A stretch of 63,455 bases of DNA, filler included, from Choristocarpus tenellus KU-1152 (taxonomy: Eukaryota; Protista; Phaeophyceae): assembly GCA_964200185.2 (NCBI GenBank). It is 8 parts of 8 records of this genome, joined end to end, with 100 filler letters (N's around TTAATTAATTAA, not from the genome) between each part and the next. Parts side by side here need not be neighbours in the genome. Positions count along the whole stretch, not along the records: positions 49,658 to 54,977 come from CAXNAD020011169.1; positions 55,078 to 58,568 come from CAXNAD020019669.1; positions 58,669 to 63,455 come from CAXNAD020013056.1; 5 more parts are not named here. One strand, written 5' to 3'. The notes beneath the pieces were generated by a model, which made no database searches, was not told where the DNA came from, and saw only the letters and a program-made list of their open reading frames with translations. Below, piece by piece: positions 50,683 to 63,455 of the stretch. The position numbers were made by a program, and so were the translations under genes. Each line of letters starts with the position of its first letter. Position 1 is the first letter of the stretch.

Positions 50683-53562
50683 GGTATGTACACAATGTGA
50701 AAAGGGAAAGACGATAGGTAGGGGGAATGTATGTGGGGGTAGGTTGTATTACTTGGGAACTCCAGCAAAAGGTCCTCGAAGAGGGACTTGGGCAGGTTCC
50801 TTCTGCTTCCAAATGGGGGCGTAATCTTGCGGTGGTTCTCCCAAAAATGGGAGCAGCTTTGTTGAACAAGTTGTCGAACCATTTTGTAGCAGATCTGGTC
50901 TATTGTTGGGACAACTGGAGCCTGCCAGTATCTAGTTAGTCCGAACAAAACAAAAACTATGGTGTTTCATCACTGTGAGAAACCAACATTTCTTGAGTGG
51001 AAGAAAGTATCTCGTGAAGTGAAGGTTGAATATATTTGAAAATTAAGAATATATTAAAAGAAAGTGCACCTAGGGACCACCTGGAACGTGTGGTTGAATA
51101 GTAGAGAGGTTGATGCTTCGTGGGGGAAGGAAGATACTGGTCCTGGAACACAGGGATGAGGGGAGAGGGTAAGATAAGTAGCAGTCCTGGTGTTGAATCA
51201 ATTCCCACCCACCCACGCCTCTTTTCCTCTTCTAGGCATGGTCATGGCTGCAAAGAGAAGAGGGGGGGCACTGCGATTAAAAACAAACGATAGGTTATGG
51301 TTGTTTTGGTGGGGGGCTCAAACAGGTTGCTGTTGCCCAAGAGGGCAGTAAACCAGGTTGTGGCTGTACTCCAAATAAAGGTTGGAGAGGATTGACTGAG
51401 CAAGTGGGGGAACCGTTTGTGGCAGCCCTGGTCTCTTATCAGCGCAACTGGGGCCTACTTACTAATCCACCTTTGTGAGAAAAACAACTATGCCATATTT
51501 AACACATAAACACACTCAGAATACGAAGTTGATGAGTAGGCGTAAGAGTCATCTCTAAAGTTTTTTTAGGTAGTAAAATCACTGTAATATTAGCGAGCCT
51601 GAGAGAATGTCACACTAGCAAGAAATCCCAAGAGGATGTATTGAGGGGCATTATGTGCCATAATCACAATGAGCGCTTGACGGATTGATGGCATTGTTAG
51701 GTATAACAGGGTCTACCGTTCAAGGGGAACCCGATGGTGACCACCCCCCACTCTGATTCGTGGTATGAGAGGCTATCTTTTGACTGAAATGTACACGTCA
51801 GGTTTGATAATATATTTTGCATGTGAATATACAAATCGTCACTTCTGTTCTTGGTGGTTGTAATAGGTAATAATAGTGAAGAGGGGTTTGGGGGATATTC
51901 AGGTCCAACAGGTTTAAAAGGACACCCCACTTACGTTTCCTATTACTGAAAATTTTCAAATCCTTCAGTAAGGTACTCATAGTTTTACTAATACTTCGAA
52001 GTATGACAAAGATCAACTCCTTTTGTAGCTCTTGACTGCTAGATTTTGCCCCATCGATGCTCTCATTGTAGCAGAGCATTTTGCTTAGAATCTTGCCCAT
52101 CTGTTGAATGACTGCAAGTGTATAAAGAATGAGTACAAAGGACTTCTGCTCATTGAGAAAAATTGTTCCGGCATGACAAGACTCTCCCTCAATACAAATT
52201 AGCGAGTCAAAGTAAACAAGGGATACCCAGAGTTGCATTTTGAGGATGCTGACAAACCTATGCAAAATTCGGCTTTTTAAAAATATGTGTAGGAAATTTT
52301 CTTTAATATGTTGGAAAATATTAAAACAATAAAGAAACAAACGCTCTTGAGTCAACTCAGAACTTCATCTGTAGAAACATGGGTATATATTGGAAAGGAT
52401 TGAAAAAATGTAAAATGTAAAATGACCAAAACCTGCGTATGTCTCATATACTTCAGTCCAGTCTACGTCATCTTGGTCTGACAGACTGCAAATACCCATC
52501 TTCAAATGTATGACAGATGAAGCAAAAGGCTTCATCATCACATTTCATAAACAAGAATGTGACCCTGCAGTACTGTGTGGCAGTACCCGGTGAGTGACAA
52601 AAATTGTTAAGACATATGCAACACAAAGATGTCCTTTCCTCTCTACACAAGGAGCGTCTTCCCCTACAAAAAGAAAGGAAGCCCAACTTCACGTTGTGAA
52701 TAACACAACCAACACCACCTGATTCCACAGGAAAATATCCCACTTCACACTTTTTCGAAGGGAAGTCACCAAAATTGTGCTCCTAATGCTCCTTCACTGT
52801 AGGTATTGATGCAAAAGGGTAGAGGTAGACTCAATCATCAACTACGGTTGCTGCCACCACCAAGTCATCTAGACATCTCCTAGTCCAACTGCCGGGGAAA
52901 ATGTTTGAAGGGTGGAGGCCATCATAGCATCTAGTTGTTCCAGGCAGTTAGATGCCCTTGACAGCTTTGCCCGGCATGTACCAATGGACTTGACTTCAAC
53001 CCGACTAAGGGGCCCACAAACTCTTGCAGCGTCCTGCCAAAGGAGACAAAGAAAAAAACAAGTTGAAGATCATTACTTTCAGTCAAGAATTCTGAAGCAG
53101 ATGCCACTTAATGAGATGGTAGATAGTGATAAAATGCAGCACATTCATGGTGTGCCTTTTCAATGAATCCTCTTCTAGGCATGGGAAAAACAGCAAAGTG
53201 ATCATAGGTCTGCATAGACATGCTCTTGTTCTGGCAGGCCTGTCACACGGCAAAGACAGCACTACAATTGGGTCAAGTCCCATCAGCAGTATTCTGAGCT
53301 TTTTGAAAGCCAAGTGATGCTCTTTTGCCCATTTACGTAGTGTACTGCAAGTTACCCATGAATGAGAAAGTTTGCACAATTAAATGGTCACAGAATGCAT
53401 GGTCTAGGGCACAATCCCTTCCACGCTATATAAAATGTAATTAACTCCAACACGCAGGTTCAGACTGTTGGCAGTTACTGCAACAAACACACCAAAGACT
53501 CAAACCATCAATGGAGGATGGCCTACAATCCTCTCATGAGATGCAATGATATTATTCGGCCA

Positions 53563-53596
<34 letters not shown>

Positions 53597-53939
53597 CACA
53601 GTCAACACCCAGAACCTGGTCTTCTGTTTCAGATACTTCATGTCCTATGTTGACCCAACTGTGCAAACCTTACCGAGTCTCAGTCAAGACAAACCTGCTC
53701 AGTTAGGACAGAAGTCAACACAATGCACATAGTAGTAGCACAGCCCAAAATATGCAACACAAACAAACATAGGATCAATACACTCTTGTTGAATCACATA
53801 GGCGTGATGGGTCATTCAACCCAGGCAGCCTACTTTTCACATCCATGCACGTCATCAATACAACTGATGGTAGACCACACTGCACTAAACCTTCATCCTG
53901 CATACAGTACAACCCCAGAAAAATGTATCTGCCTGAATC

Positions 53940-53971
53940 TAACCCTAACCCTAGCCCTAGCCCTAGCCCTA
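53940..53971. repeat. Short interstitial telomere-like hexamer run (taaccc/tagccc)
   Basis: taaccctaaccctagccctagccctagcccta. Confidence 0.6.
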
Positions 53972-54456
53972 TGCAACACCACTGGATATACTAACCCTCC
54001 CACCAGGTCCTGTTACTCACCTTTCCTCTGTCTCTACTATTATGTGTATTACAGTCAGAAAAGTATCACACTCGAGATCTTATGAGAGTAGGGTCTTCAA
54101 GGCTCATTATAGGGTATTGGACTATAAAAGATGGACAAGAAAATGAACGCACAAGCAGCAGGCCTCCTCTATGCAACGTCAACAAAAGCAGTGAAGAGCA
54201 AGAATGCAACGATATCATCTAATACACTCAGAGATGCATCATGGCCATACTTCATTGTCCATACTTCAATGTCAGGGCAAAAGGGTACATATTCCAGTTC
54301 ATGTTGATCCTATTTCAGTGGTTATTTCATCCCCACCATCCCCATTCCGGTTAGTCTACACCCCTCTCTACACATAAATGAATCACAACACCAAGATATT
54401 TTCAACCTTTCAAAGTTACCCCAACCCCATTCCCAATAAACCAAGGCCTTGCATAC

Positions 54457-54977
54457 CTCCATTGGCCTGGACATCACCAACTGCATGCTTCGCATTGCAA
54501 AACCCATCTCTGACGCACTCTTGGCAGCATACTCCCAGAAGCTATCCCTAACCCTACTGCCTCCTCCCCTGCCCCCATTCAAAGAAGTCAAAGAACCACG
54601 CCCTAGTCGTTGCCTGCCATCCAGAGGGTCCCACCCACACCGTTGAAGAGCTGCCTCCAAGGCTGGAAAACCCCCTTCCAGAACGCTCACATGTGGAACA
54701 CCGGATCTGGCTACTCCCCTAGCAAGACGAATTAGATATCGATCACCTCGTGCAACCTGTGTCCCTTTTCCTGTCTCAGAAAACGGGTCTGACCCATACC
54801 CGACAAAGCAGATATGGGCAGCACCAGCCACAGGCATGGCAAACTGTAGAGCATCAACTCCCCCCTGTATAATCCCACCAGATGCATGCCCCATCATTTG
54901 CTGGCCACCCTCGCTAACATCACCAGCCCCAGCACGTGATCCAGACATACGCCTCACAACTGGCACTGTCCCCTCCT
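54457..54977 (-). CDS. Internal exon encoding a rhodanese-like domain C-terminus (TBC1D23-like); rest of the gene unresolved
   Basis: Open frame from the contig edge: HICFVGYGSD...YLIRLARGVARSGVPHVSVLEGGFPALEAAL (rhodanese V..L.GG..aw motif). GT donor follows SRPME. Confidence 0.6.
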
Positions 54978-55077
54978 NNNNNNNNNNNNNNNNNNNNNNN
55001 NNNNNNNNNNNNNNNNNNNNNTTAATTAATTAANNNNNNNNNNNNNNNNNNNNNNNNNNNNNNNNNNNNNNNNNNNN
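54978..55077. other. Artificial contig linker
   Basis: N44-TTAATTAATTAA-N44. Confidence 0.98.
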
Positions 55078-55866
55078 CCCCCCTCACCCCAGAACACAAA
55101 ACAAAAAAAAAAAAAAAAACTTTTTTGGTTTGTCTTCCAACCACCCCCCCCCCCCCCCCCCCCCCCCCCCCCACATACACAACGGACTGTCTACATATTG
55201 CTGAAAAATACATTGTTGTCAGCAACACCAACAACGGAAAACCAAAACACGCAAAGGCAACAGGTGTGTCTACAGGTGTGTCTACACCATCTCTCCCACA
55301 GCCCCTTGGTTGGATTCCCTACCATGGTCACAGTAAACATGACAAAACTCAAATAGGAGTTAAGCTCCCTGATCTTGCCTTCTCCAACCACACAGCTGGT
55401 CACTCGCTACCAAAGCAATCACTCCACATAGGCAAGGACTAGGCAATCACCTTTCCCCCCATATTAGACAGACAAAAATGACGTCAGCAAGGACACAGAG
55501 TGAACACACCTATACAAAGATTAACACACATGCAAAATGCCACTACACAGAGAAACCCACTGCAATCATTGATCAAAATACAAAAACAAAGCAGCACCCT
55601 AACATATGTAACAAGTTCACCATTGGCAACGATATCACATAATACGTAAGATCTTTCCTGTGTACCCATGCATGAGTACATGCCACCCCTTTTTCATTCA
55701 ACCAACAGGCAACCCCCTCCCCCTCCCCCTCGACCCACCCCTATCACAAATCAGTAAGCAGTCACGAGCTCAGATGCCTTTAGCCTCTCTCAAACAGCCT
55801 CCTTATCGTTTTTTCGTCAGCGAGTAGCATGAGGCATCTGTGTTTCATATATTACTAGACCTTACA

Positions 55867-58477
55867 TCATTGGAGATCGTTTGACATGGTCACATTTGTG
55901 GAAATGTTTCTTGGAGCGTCCTCCACTGGCCCAGCTCCCTCAGAAACACTAACCCTCCTGTAAGCACATAGGGAAGCAGACACCGGTATTAGTTGGGAAC
56001 AATAGCACACAAGGCCAGGTACAAGTACACAGTTGAGCAGAGGATCACATCGTCACACTTTCTCAATCCCTTCCGATTTCTCCACAACATGCAGTTCAAC
56101 ACTACGCATTGACAAATGAGGTAAAAGGGGTGATCTCTTTGGGCAATGGTAAGAAGAGGTGGTGGTACTATGTAACAGTGCTCAAGAGCAGGGTGGATTA
56201 GAGACCACTGCATGAAGCGGCAATATCACAATGGTTCAGAGCAATAAGGAGACGTCCTGTTGATGTTGTGCCATACAAAAAAATTAGAAACAAAAAAATA
56301 AAAAGAATATTTTAAAATGTATTTAATCATTGAAAATATTAAGATGGAATAGACATACACTGCAAAATCTAACACACAACTTAGATATTAATTTTTTTTA
56401 AATAGCAAAATAATAATATCAATCATCAATAGTAAAAAAAATGTTAAGAAACAACTCAAAACCCCAAGTGACATCATTCTCAGCCACTATGCTGTATACA
56501 TCAAGGCTCAACACTGGCAGGGGGAAAACTTCAACAGTATGATCCCCTTTTGGAATCCGATTAATGGTCTTGGATCCTAATGCTGATCCATGCCTAGAGC
56601 AACAGTGTCAGGCCAACCTTTGCTTCACTACACACAATACAACCTATCAATCTTTCCTGCTTCATGTCCCTTCTTAGATCTTGGCAAAGCATTTATCCCC
56701 CAGCTATCAATAGTGGCATCTCATGCACATCCTTATGCAGGACGTGAAGACATCTGATACCCTCGAAACATTCCACCAATCACGACCTCTTTCATTCAGA
56801 AAGGCAGTAAACCTTTCAACCCAAATATTCCAAGGGACATAGGCGAAAACCATAGATACAATACATGGTATCACACACTGAGCATACATCTTTCCATCAC
56901 AACCAAACCGCTTCAAACACAAAGACCAGGTCTACAAAAACCAGGATCTAGTAACTGTTAAAGGTGCCCTTAGGGGTCTCTTCACAGATAGGTGCTATGG
57001 TGATGCATGCAGCAGGGTGATTCTTACCTTAAAGAGTCCTTGGTGCCAGTCTTCCTGTTGTAGTGTCTCCACAGCAAGAATGTGAAAGCAATTACAAATA
57101 GCAACACCAGCGACACCGCCACCGCTACATTGGTAGATGACTGCAAAAACAACATGTACCAAAGAGAGTTACAAGAGACACAAAGTCCAGAGTAGGGAGA
57201 GGAGCATTTCAGTTGAGCAACAACACAAGGCCACATCAACAGTGCGGACTCACACTCGAGTCACATCCCCCAGCATTTGATGTCATGAGGGAGGGTTATG
57301 TGTGCTGCCTGCACTCTAACATGCTTCCCAGGGTGGTTGAAAAATCATGAGAGTTGCCAGGTTACAAATACGCTGTTCTTAGCATGCCCCCCCCGTGTTA
57401 ACCACCAACACAGGAACTGGACAGACACACAAAAAGCACAAAAAGCATCATCAGAAGTACATCTAATAAACACGGACAAACACTAAAGTAACATGTACTG
57501 CCCATGTACTGCCCATGTACTGCCTATTGTACAGCCCATGTACTGCCTATTGTACCAAAGACCTCTCCCCCTAATCCCTAGTCCCCACAACCATCCCCCC
57601 AAACCTTGCCATCTCCTTACCCCTGAGCCTGACCCAGAAGAGGACAAATCTACAGCATCACAGGTAGGCTCCAATAGATCACTTGTGTAGGCATCACTAT
57701 TGCAGCACGCCCGCTCACTATATGCGTAGCTGATGGATAGAGTCAGTTCATCAGGAGACAAACAGACAACAGTGCATTGGAATGAGAGGGAGGAAATGAG
57801 GTATCTGAAGTGGAAGCAAACAACGGTTACGGTAGGGTGTAACAACATCTTAGCTCTCATTTCCACACACCCATCTCAACACATTCCAAATGAGATCCAA
57901 ACAAAGCTACAACAAACTGTGCCTCAATAGTTCCTCTCACCCTTCAAGGTCGGTGTTCTGCCAGAGATCAGTAGGATCTGTTAGGTTAGGCAACATAGAA
58001 CAGAACAGAGCAGAGAGTGGTCAAAGGCATCAAGTGCTGTTGGAGGGGGCGATTGGGGCCTGTGGGGTGGCCAGGGAAGCACTCACACTACAAGAAGATG
58101 GATACTGTTAATCACAGTAAACAAGCAAATACACAGATCTATTTGAAGTATGGTAGAGCTCTCTATATATTCCATGTTCATCACCACAGACAAGATAGTA
58201 TTGATATTGTGGTGTTGCTCTTCAAGGCAGATAACAAACTAACAACAAAAAACGTGTCACACAAAACATGGCAACAACAACCTCTCCCATTCATCCTTCA
58301 CAAGTCAACCCCATCATACTCCCTCCAAGCAAAAACTCCAATGAGGGGTGAGAGGAATATCATCCGTCGCTCACATTCAGAGGGAGCATCGCAGAGCTCA
58401 GGCTCCAGGCTGCCAACTGAAGAGCAATCAAGACTGGTGGAACAAACACTGTCAACAGAAATTGATCCTCGAAACAC
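55867..58477 (-). CDS. 3' part of an unidentified type-I single-pass membrane protein with a Cys-rich juxtamembrane region. Exons 58375-58477, 57941-57977, 57621-57729, 57028-57140, 55867-55957
   Basis: Five phase-consistent GT-AG exons: ...VCSTSLDCSSVGSLEPELCDAPSEYPTDLWQNTDLEGYAYSERACCNSDAYTSDLLEPTCDAVDLSSSGSGSGSSTN, TM helix VAVAVSLVLLFVIAFTFLLW, then basic RHYNRK and a short tail ending in TGA. Confidence 0.7.
57492..57556. repeat. 11-bp tandem repeat (catgtactgcc and variants), intronic
   Basis: About six units visible. Confidence 0.8.
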
Positions 58478-58568
58478 CTTCCAACGGTAAAGCATTCACC
58501 CGTGACAGGGGAAGGGGGGAGGAGGAGGGGGGGGGGGGGGGGGGGGGGAGTTCCAAGAAAAAAAAGAA

Positions 58569-58668
58569 NNNNNNNNNNNNNNNNNNNNNNNNNNNNNNNN
58601 NNNNNNNNNNNNTTAATTAATTAANNNNNNNNNNNNNNNNNNNNNNNNNNNNNNNNNNNNNNNNNNNN
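58569..58668. other. Artificial contig linker
   Basis: N44-TTAATTAATTAA-N44. Confidence 0.98.
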
Positions 58669-58782
58669 TTTGGTGGGATACGTGGGGTGGAAAATTTTTG
58701 TCCTCTTTTCCGGGGCCCGGCCCAAAGGGACAACCTGGTGTAGACCCCCCCCCCCCCCCCCCCCCCCAAGATACTCTGGGTC
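58669..58782. mobile_element. Diverged right half of the small TIR element, at a contig start (within a MOK intron)
   Basis: ttttcc..gg.ccaaa.ggaca..tggtgtaga(C)n.agatactctgggtc matches 63347-63413. Confidence 0.65.
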
Positions 58783-58919
58783 TTTTCAAAATGTGGAAAC
58801 CCTGCCAGCCATTCCACCCAGTCAAAATCCCAGCCTTTCCTCTTCCCAAAAAGCACCATCACCATTGCACCACTACAACCTCCACAGGTTCAACCTTACC
58901 AACAAGAAATAGAGCTCAC

Positions 58920-61637
58920 TTTGTGGACCCGACTGATTTGATCCAGCTCATTTGTCCCTGGGAAGAGGGGATAGAGGCTGGTGATCTCGAAGAAGACGCA
59001 ACCAGCACCCCACAGGTCCATTTCAGGGCCATAGTATCCGTCCGTGAGCAAACATTCTGGCGCACGATACCAACGGGTGGAGATGTACTCTGTGTAGGGC
59101 TATGATTTGGTGGGTAGGGTGGAGGGTGTTAGGGGGTTAGGAATGAGAGAGGGGGAGGTGGAGGAGAAGAGAGTAAGGGCTGCAGCAGACAGGAGAGAGG
59201 TGGTGAGATAGATTGAAAAGGAAGAAGTTAATATGAAGGTGGTACATGAGTGGGAGCGGGGGGTTTCTTGAGCATTGTCAATTGACCATTGACTCGCTCC
59301 CCCCCAAAAAATATTATTAACTAAGGGTCCTGGGTCAATGAAAGAGAGGTGGAGAGTGCTGATAGAGTTTTTGCCATGACGCAGCACAACCATCCTCTCC
59401 AGATGTGTTTGATCCTCACATCTTGTCCTGGTTGAGGTAGCAAGGGTTGGGGTTAAGAGGTGGAGGTGGTATGATTCCTCTCGATAGACTGTTGCATGCT
59501 GTACACATGACAGTACAAGATCAAATTTAGAGACTTCCCTGACGGTTTTTTTTAAAGCTGTAGGTTACATTTTGTCCTGATTGAGGTGGGCAGGGGGGGG
59601 CATTGGATGCCTGAGGTGTAGTAGCTATTTTGGTGTTATTATATTATACAAGAATATGTTCGAAAAGGTGGATGCTCTGAAGAGCTTTGACCGACTAGCA
59701 CTCCATTTTTCGCTTTTTGTAGAGGAGCAATACCGTGAATCACTCTACAGTCATTTTATCATATTGTTCATCCCTTATCTTGTGTACGTGGCTTTCCACC
59801 TAAGATCAAACTTGGAGTGTAGGAGGCTTAGCCCCGCAAATATGGTTCAGCAGCCATAATTTTCAACCACAAGATTGCTTCAGACTTGAAAGATTAGATA
59901 GAGCCTCCTTTCTTTTTCTCCTCCAGCTTCTAGCCCATTCGTGAGCCTTATGAACTGGAGAGAAATAGAACCCCAGTGAACTAACATAAATCGATGCACC
60001 TTGCACCATCAATTTTGAAGTTTGGAATGCCTCAAATGAACAACTGAGTAAAGTTGAGTGTATGTCAACAGCAATAGCAGTCGCAAAACAAACCAGAGTA
60101 TATCGTGCCACAACGTATCAGACCCCAAACTCTGATTCTACAAATGAGATATAGGTAAGTTGAATGCAAACAAGGAGTCTTGACTATCATGAAGGGTGAA
60201 AGACTTGGCGAGGAAACCAAAACGATTGTGTTCAGTCTACACTGCACTTCGCAATAACAAGAAATTGCACATTTTGAACCTGTTTTGAGTAGATCCCCCT
60301 GCAAGACCCGAAGTCAGCTAGTTTCAGCCCCTTCCCCAGATCGTTTGTGCTCTCAATAAGAATGTTCTCAGGCTTTATATCTCGGTGGAATATTCCCTTT
60401 CGGTGCATGTGATCTAATGCCTTCAAAAGCTGATACATGTAGCCCCGCACTAACTGCAACAAAACAATTGCCAGTGGATTGAGGGTCATCATGGACAATG
60501 GTCGGATACTGGTTTATGCTCAAGATTGTTCTCAGGGTGGTGTGCACTGCATGCAATTGTTCAGGCACTTTGCTTCATCTGCATACCCCTACAAGTACCT
60601 GAGTGAGAAGTATGTTGCTGATTAACAGAAAAGTAATAATCAATGGTCACAAAAGAGTATAGTGAAGGATGAAAACTTGTCAGTGTGAAAGCATGGTGTG
60701 TCATAGACAACAGAAGAGTATGAAGTGAGAGGGAAAATTGAGAGTGAGGAAGGGGATGTGCTCCGTGATCTGTGGAGGGCAAATGTGATGACAAAAAAGT
60801 TGGAAAAGCTGCAAGAACTTGTGGGGCAGGGAACGTACGTTTCCGAAATAAGTGGAGAATGGAGAAGATATGCTACTCAAACCAGTGACAAATTGTGTAC
60901 TATTATCTCCCTCCTTCACACCTGCCCATTTAGATAATGTCTCCTGCCTCGGATGAGCTCATAGAGGTTAGCGTCCATTAATTCAAATACTAAAGCTAGT
61001 CGGCCAGTGGGTTGATCATAGAGCACCTCCTCTAGCGTAATGATGTGTTGGTTTGGACTGAGGCGCCTCAGTGCCTGGATCTCTCGTAAGTTGTTTACCT
61101 GATGATTGCATGAGAGTTAGGGTGATCAATGGGGAACTCCATGCTTCTGGTCATAGAGGACAGCAGATGGACCCTCCATCAACGTTTGCTAATCAGATGG
61201 ACCCAACATTCTAAAATAGAGTTTGGTTTAAAGAGATATAGACAGTATGTAATAGGGTTTGGGTGTCATGCCTTAGACTTCATAGTTTGAGATAGCATAC
61301 TGCCATCTGGCTTGATGTTGACAATGCATCAACCTGAAGGTAGCGTGGATGCTTTCGACCAGTGTTCCTATCGGTATATCACAACAAGAATCGGTTATAG
61401 AAGCCAGCTCGATTATCTCTCTCTTCTGGGTGGTAACTCGACTTTGTAAACCTTTCCGAAATGACCTTAATATGTGAACACGGCCATGAAGTCTTCTCCT
61501 CTGACCTGGTCAATGCTGTCGAATCGGTTCTTCATGCATTTGATCGCGTAGTACTTGCCATCCTTAACATTTTGCGCTTTCAGCACTTCGCTGAAGGTCC
61601 CCTCCCCCTTCTTTGCTACCAATCGATACTTCCTCAT
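58920..61637 (-). CDS. MOK: MOK (RAGE)/LF4-type CMGC protein kinase, 5' part. Exons 61506-61637, 60922-61098, 60280-60453, 58920-59099
   Basis: [22 protein letters not shown]...AIKCMK...[62 protein letters not shown] (TEY loop typical of MOK), [12 protein letters not shown]. All introns are phase 0. Confidence 0.93.
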
Positions 61638-63236
61638 CTCAGCAGTGCTTCAACCCCAACACTCAGCTCGGTGAAGTCCTCCACAAATCAGCTCCTCGCT
61701 TTGGTCAACAAGGCGGCGCGCTCGACGCCCTTTCGAGTCACAATAAAGGCATATCACCTTCCTTCAACACTAGAAAAACCTTGAAGACGGCTTTAATTCT
61801 CCGGAGGATTGGCAGCGATAGACCCTGGGTCGTCTTGAGAGGCTCCTGGCGGTGGACGTATCCTACGCTGCTACAGGCTTGTGCCTTCACGTGTCCAATC
61901 CGAGAAGTGGGCTATGTGGGAGTAACGTAGAGGACGGTGCGAAGCAAGACTGCAGATTGCTGACGTTCAATCTAGAGGTAAGCGAGCTCGTGGTGTCTGT
62001 GTTCTACTTGAATTGGCGTAGTTACGGGTACAGTATATTAGTTACGGGTATTGTACAGCCTGTATTCTGGCAGTTTTTTGGATAAGAATAATAAGAATAA
62101 CCACATCATTGAGGACCGTCCACCACCCACCACCAATCTCATAATAAACCATAAACCCGAACACAGATCATGTGTTGATGAACGTACAACCACGTATAAA
62201 AGTATAAACTATTATTGTATGTACATATCATTCATCTTGTAGTATTGTTTAACATAAATAAAGTAGTAAATAGCAGGATTGGATATATGTAGTCCCTATT
62301 ATCTACTAATACGAGAATAATACTATTACATAGTAGGGTACAATGATCATAAGTAAATCTTACACGTACCCGTACAGATATTCTAAACAGACAATACATA
62401 GATATTTGCTGAGGATTCAAAACATGTATGCTTTGTCTTCCATTTCCCCCTACAGCGTTACCCGTATCTAATATGTGAAATACGTCACTGACAGTCGTAT
62501 TTATTACTGTAAATTATAAATATATATACATTGCATATTCTACATACATAATATGTGCTACCTTGAAGTAGTAATAATAATTACTCCCGATTTTATACAT
62601 GTAAGTGGTTGCGACTCCTTGTCGGAGACAGGCTGTTGTTGCTGTTGTTGATGCTGTACTACATAGTGGAACTCTAATCATGTGGAGAGAGCTAGGAGTA
62701 ACCTTAGGTCTTGTGAGGTTACTCCCACCCACCGAGCACCGCCTGGGGAGGAAACGAGGATCACTGATCATCAACAATCAGAAAACACACAGTATTGCAA
62801 TGACTTGATCAGGCCCCTTTGTCTCGGATATTGTAGTATCCTATAAAACTCATGTAACATTTTGACGAGAAAAATGCTGCAGTTGTCCTGTATGTAGCTT
62901 GCCTCAGGGCTCCTTGTCATTTCCAGCAAGCACAGGTTATGTCCCACATATTTTACTGCTGCAGCGATACAGTAACCTCTCTGGCTGTGGAACTACCTCC
63001 AGATTAGGCAGGCTTACTCAGCACGCCACGCAATTTTTTCAGCAGGCTGTGGTTACCAGCTACGATTTCAAAGCCAGCCTACTGGACGTCAGAGTGCCCA
63101 CAACTCCAGTACGGTTCCATGATATACATACCAATCGTCCTATACATACTATAGGCCACATATGTGACATGACTCCAATACATATCATGCTTGACTTGAT
63201 CACTTCTTAAAAAATCTTGAGTCACTGTATTTAAAA

Positions 63237-63413
63237 GGCTCAAAGTATCTGGGGGGGGCAGCGGCTGTGCATTTGGGACCCATTTTTCCATGTCCCGATT
63301 TTTGGGTGATTTGGATTGCATGCGTCGGATGGATGATGTAAGTGCAATTTTCCTGGTCAGGACCCAAATGGACACTGTGGTGTAGACCCCCCCCCCCCCA
63401 GATACTTTGAGTC
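63237..63413. mobile_element. MITE-like element, about 177 bp, with terminal inverted repeats containing G/C runs
   Basis: Left ggctcaaagtatctgggggggg..tgtgcatttgggacc; right ggacccaaatggaca..ccccccccagatactttgagtc. One mismatch in the outer 22 bp; four partial copies elsewhere in the window. Confidence 0.75.
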
Positions 63414-63455
63414 AACAGTATTGTTCCGGACTTGCTAAAATAATCACCTGCATAC

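Noticed and set aside
51697-53379. 185-aa minus-strand ORF (51798-52355) and neighbouring ORFs
   Set aside because: No recognisable domain, and I could not join them in phase to the rhodanese exon.
6785-58668. Repeated TTAATTAATTAA motif and an apparent gene cluster (PRP22, TAL, beta-helix, IBTK-like, MOK)
   Set aside because: The motif is an artificial six-frame-stop linker, and the genes are on separate contigs, so no operon-like or biosynthetic cluster can be inferred.
62695-62725. Hairpin ggagtaacct...aggttactcc as a Helitron 3' end or terminator
   Set aside because: No downstream CTRR terminus or U-tract, and only a single occurrence.
1-63455. tRNA, rRNA or other structured RNA genes
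   Set aside because: No recognisable cloverleaf, A/B-box or rRNA conserved blocks seen by eye; an Infernal/tRNAscan run would be needed to exclude them.

Overview
Eukaryotic, intron-rich genomic DNA. It is most likely from a brown alga or close photosynthetic stramenopile relative (inferred from gene content and repeat families, not demonstrated). The window is eight unrelated contigs joined by seven artificial 100-bp linkers (N44-TTAATTAATTAA-N44), so adjacency across a linker is not synteny. Hand-spliced GT-AG gene models: (1) the 5' part of spliceosomal helicase PRP22/DHX8; (2) a transaldolase whose complete first domain reads in frame, inside one exon, into a second transaldolase domain; (3) an 11-exon secreted parallel beta-helix protein with an Asp-rich 8-aa repeat linker and an F5/8C (CBM32-like) domain, preceded by a decayed duplicate of its own 5' end; (4) the 3' end of a PPR-like gene; (5) a complete 14-exon, about 1384-aa ankyrin-RCC1 (IBTK-like) gene; (6) a rhodanese-like exon; (7) the 3' part of an orphan single-pass membrane protein; (8) the 5' part of a MOK/LF4-type kinase. 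Repeats include RLE-type non-LTR retrotransposon relics, a tyrosine-recombinase relic, a small TIR element lying at several contig breaks, and tandem repeats. Best candidates for novelty: the tandem transaldolase fusion, the beta-helix/acidic-repeat/CBM32 protein, and a CpG-island-like contrast between gene 5' ends and gene bodies. All exon coordinates were derived by eye and need RNA-seq confirmation.
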